DNA of 64,000 nucleotides from the NCBI GenBank assembly GCA_963514005.1, contig OY740791.1, forward strand, positions 45,322,001 through 45,386,000, written 5' to 3'. The notes beneath the pieces were generated by a model that was not told the origin of the DNA, ran no database searches, and worked only from the letters and a program-made list of their open reading frames with translations. A program made the translations under genes and the position numbers. Source of the stretch: Raja brachyura (lineage: Eukaryota). Positions 63,382 to 64,000 of the stretch are shown in pieces. How positions within the stretch are numbered: position 1 is the first letter of the stretch; each line of letters begins with the position of its first letter.

Positions 63382-64000
63382 ATGGCACAAAGAAGCATTT
63401 TCCGCGTGCATGGAAAGTCGGTGATATCATCCATCTTTCTGCTTTGTGTGTGGAATCTGGTTTCCGGGCAGATTCGCTACTCCATTCCAGAAGAACTGGA
63501 ACAAGGTGCCTTCGTCGGAGCAATCGGCAAAGATTTGGGTTTGAGCATGGAGGAGCTATCAAACCGTAAATTCAGAATTAAATCAGCTGCATCAAAACAA
63601 TACTTTGATGTAAATAATATGAATGGGATTTTATTTGTAAATGCAAGAATAGACAGGGAGCGGCTGTGTGGTCAGAGTGATAACTGTGTATTGCTCGTGG
63701 AAGCGGTGGTTGAAAATCCTGTGGAGCAGTACCGTGTGGAAGTTGAGATATTGGATATAAACGACAATTCTCCGAATTTTCCGAAAAGTGAAATTCGTTT
63801 GGAAATTTCAGAAACCACAATGCCCGGAGCGCGTTTTCTGTTAGAAGGCGCGCACGATCTGGACGGGAGAAATAATTCTGTTCGTAATTACCAGCTCGCT
63901 GCTAATGATCATTTTACGTTAGATGTGCAGAATTTTGGAAAATTGAAGTTACCAGAACTGGTGCTGCAGAATATTCTCGACCGAGAAAAACAACCAGTGT
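63382..64000 (+). CDS. Clustered protocadherin variable exon, 5' part (continues beyond the window)
   Basis: MAQRSIFRVHGKSVISSIFLLCVWNLVSGQIRYSIPEELEQG... open to the window end; very close paralogue of 53827. Absent from the ORF track because no stop is in view. Confidence 0.95.
   Translation, partial: MAQRSIFRVHGKSVISSIFLLCVWNLVSGQIRYSIPEELEQGAFVGAIGKDLGLSMEELSNRKFRIKSAASKQYFDVNNMNGILFVNARIDRERLCGQSDNCVLLVEAVVENPVEQYRVEVEILDINDNSPNFPKSEIRLEISETTMPGARFLLEGAHDLDGRNNSVRNYQLAANDHFTLDVQNFGKLKLPELVLQNILDREKQPV

Noticed and set aside
1-64000. Assignment of the Pcdh genes to named subclusters or gene symbols
   Set aside because: Constant exons are not in the window and no phylogeny could be run.

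Overview
Eukaryotic (vertebrate) genomic DNA. The repeat families point to a cartilaginous fish, probably a skate or ray (inference). The window is the variable region of a clustered protocadherin (Pcdh) locus, all genes on the + strand: four intact large variable exons (ATG at 12847, 30235, 41260, 53827), a fifth running off the window end (63382), and two pseudogenised exons (~3104-4799, ~20818-23031). Each of the five exons that has a start codon also has its own CGCT-box promoter 232-266 bp upstream. No constant exons are in view. The spacers hold two decayed Gypsy LTR elements (one with paired LTRs and a TSD), CR1 and Rex1/Babar LINEs, V-SINEs, Helitron-like and hAT-like elements, and at least 11 loci of a short Penelope-derived repeat carrying a minimal hammerhead-ribozyme motif. 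Most notable: the hammerhead mini-elements (four with 12-16 bp TSDs, one a perfect 74-bp palindrome), a decayed FAM110D-like fragment attached to a Helitron-like element, a conserved promoter cassette with a YY1-site/uORF, mosaic similarity between paralogues, and two exons whose splice donors are one base off. All calls were made by eye; no searches were run.
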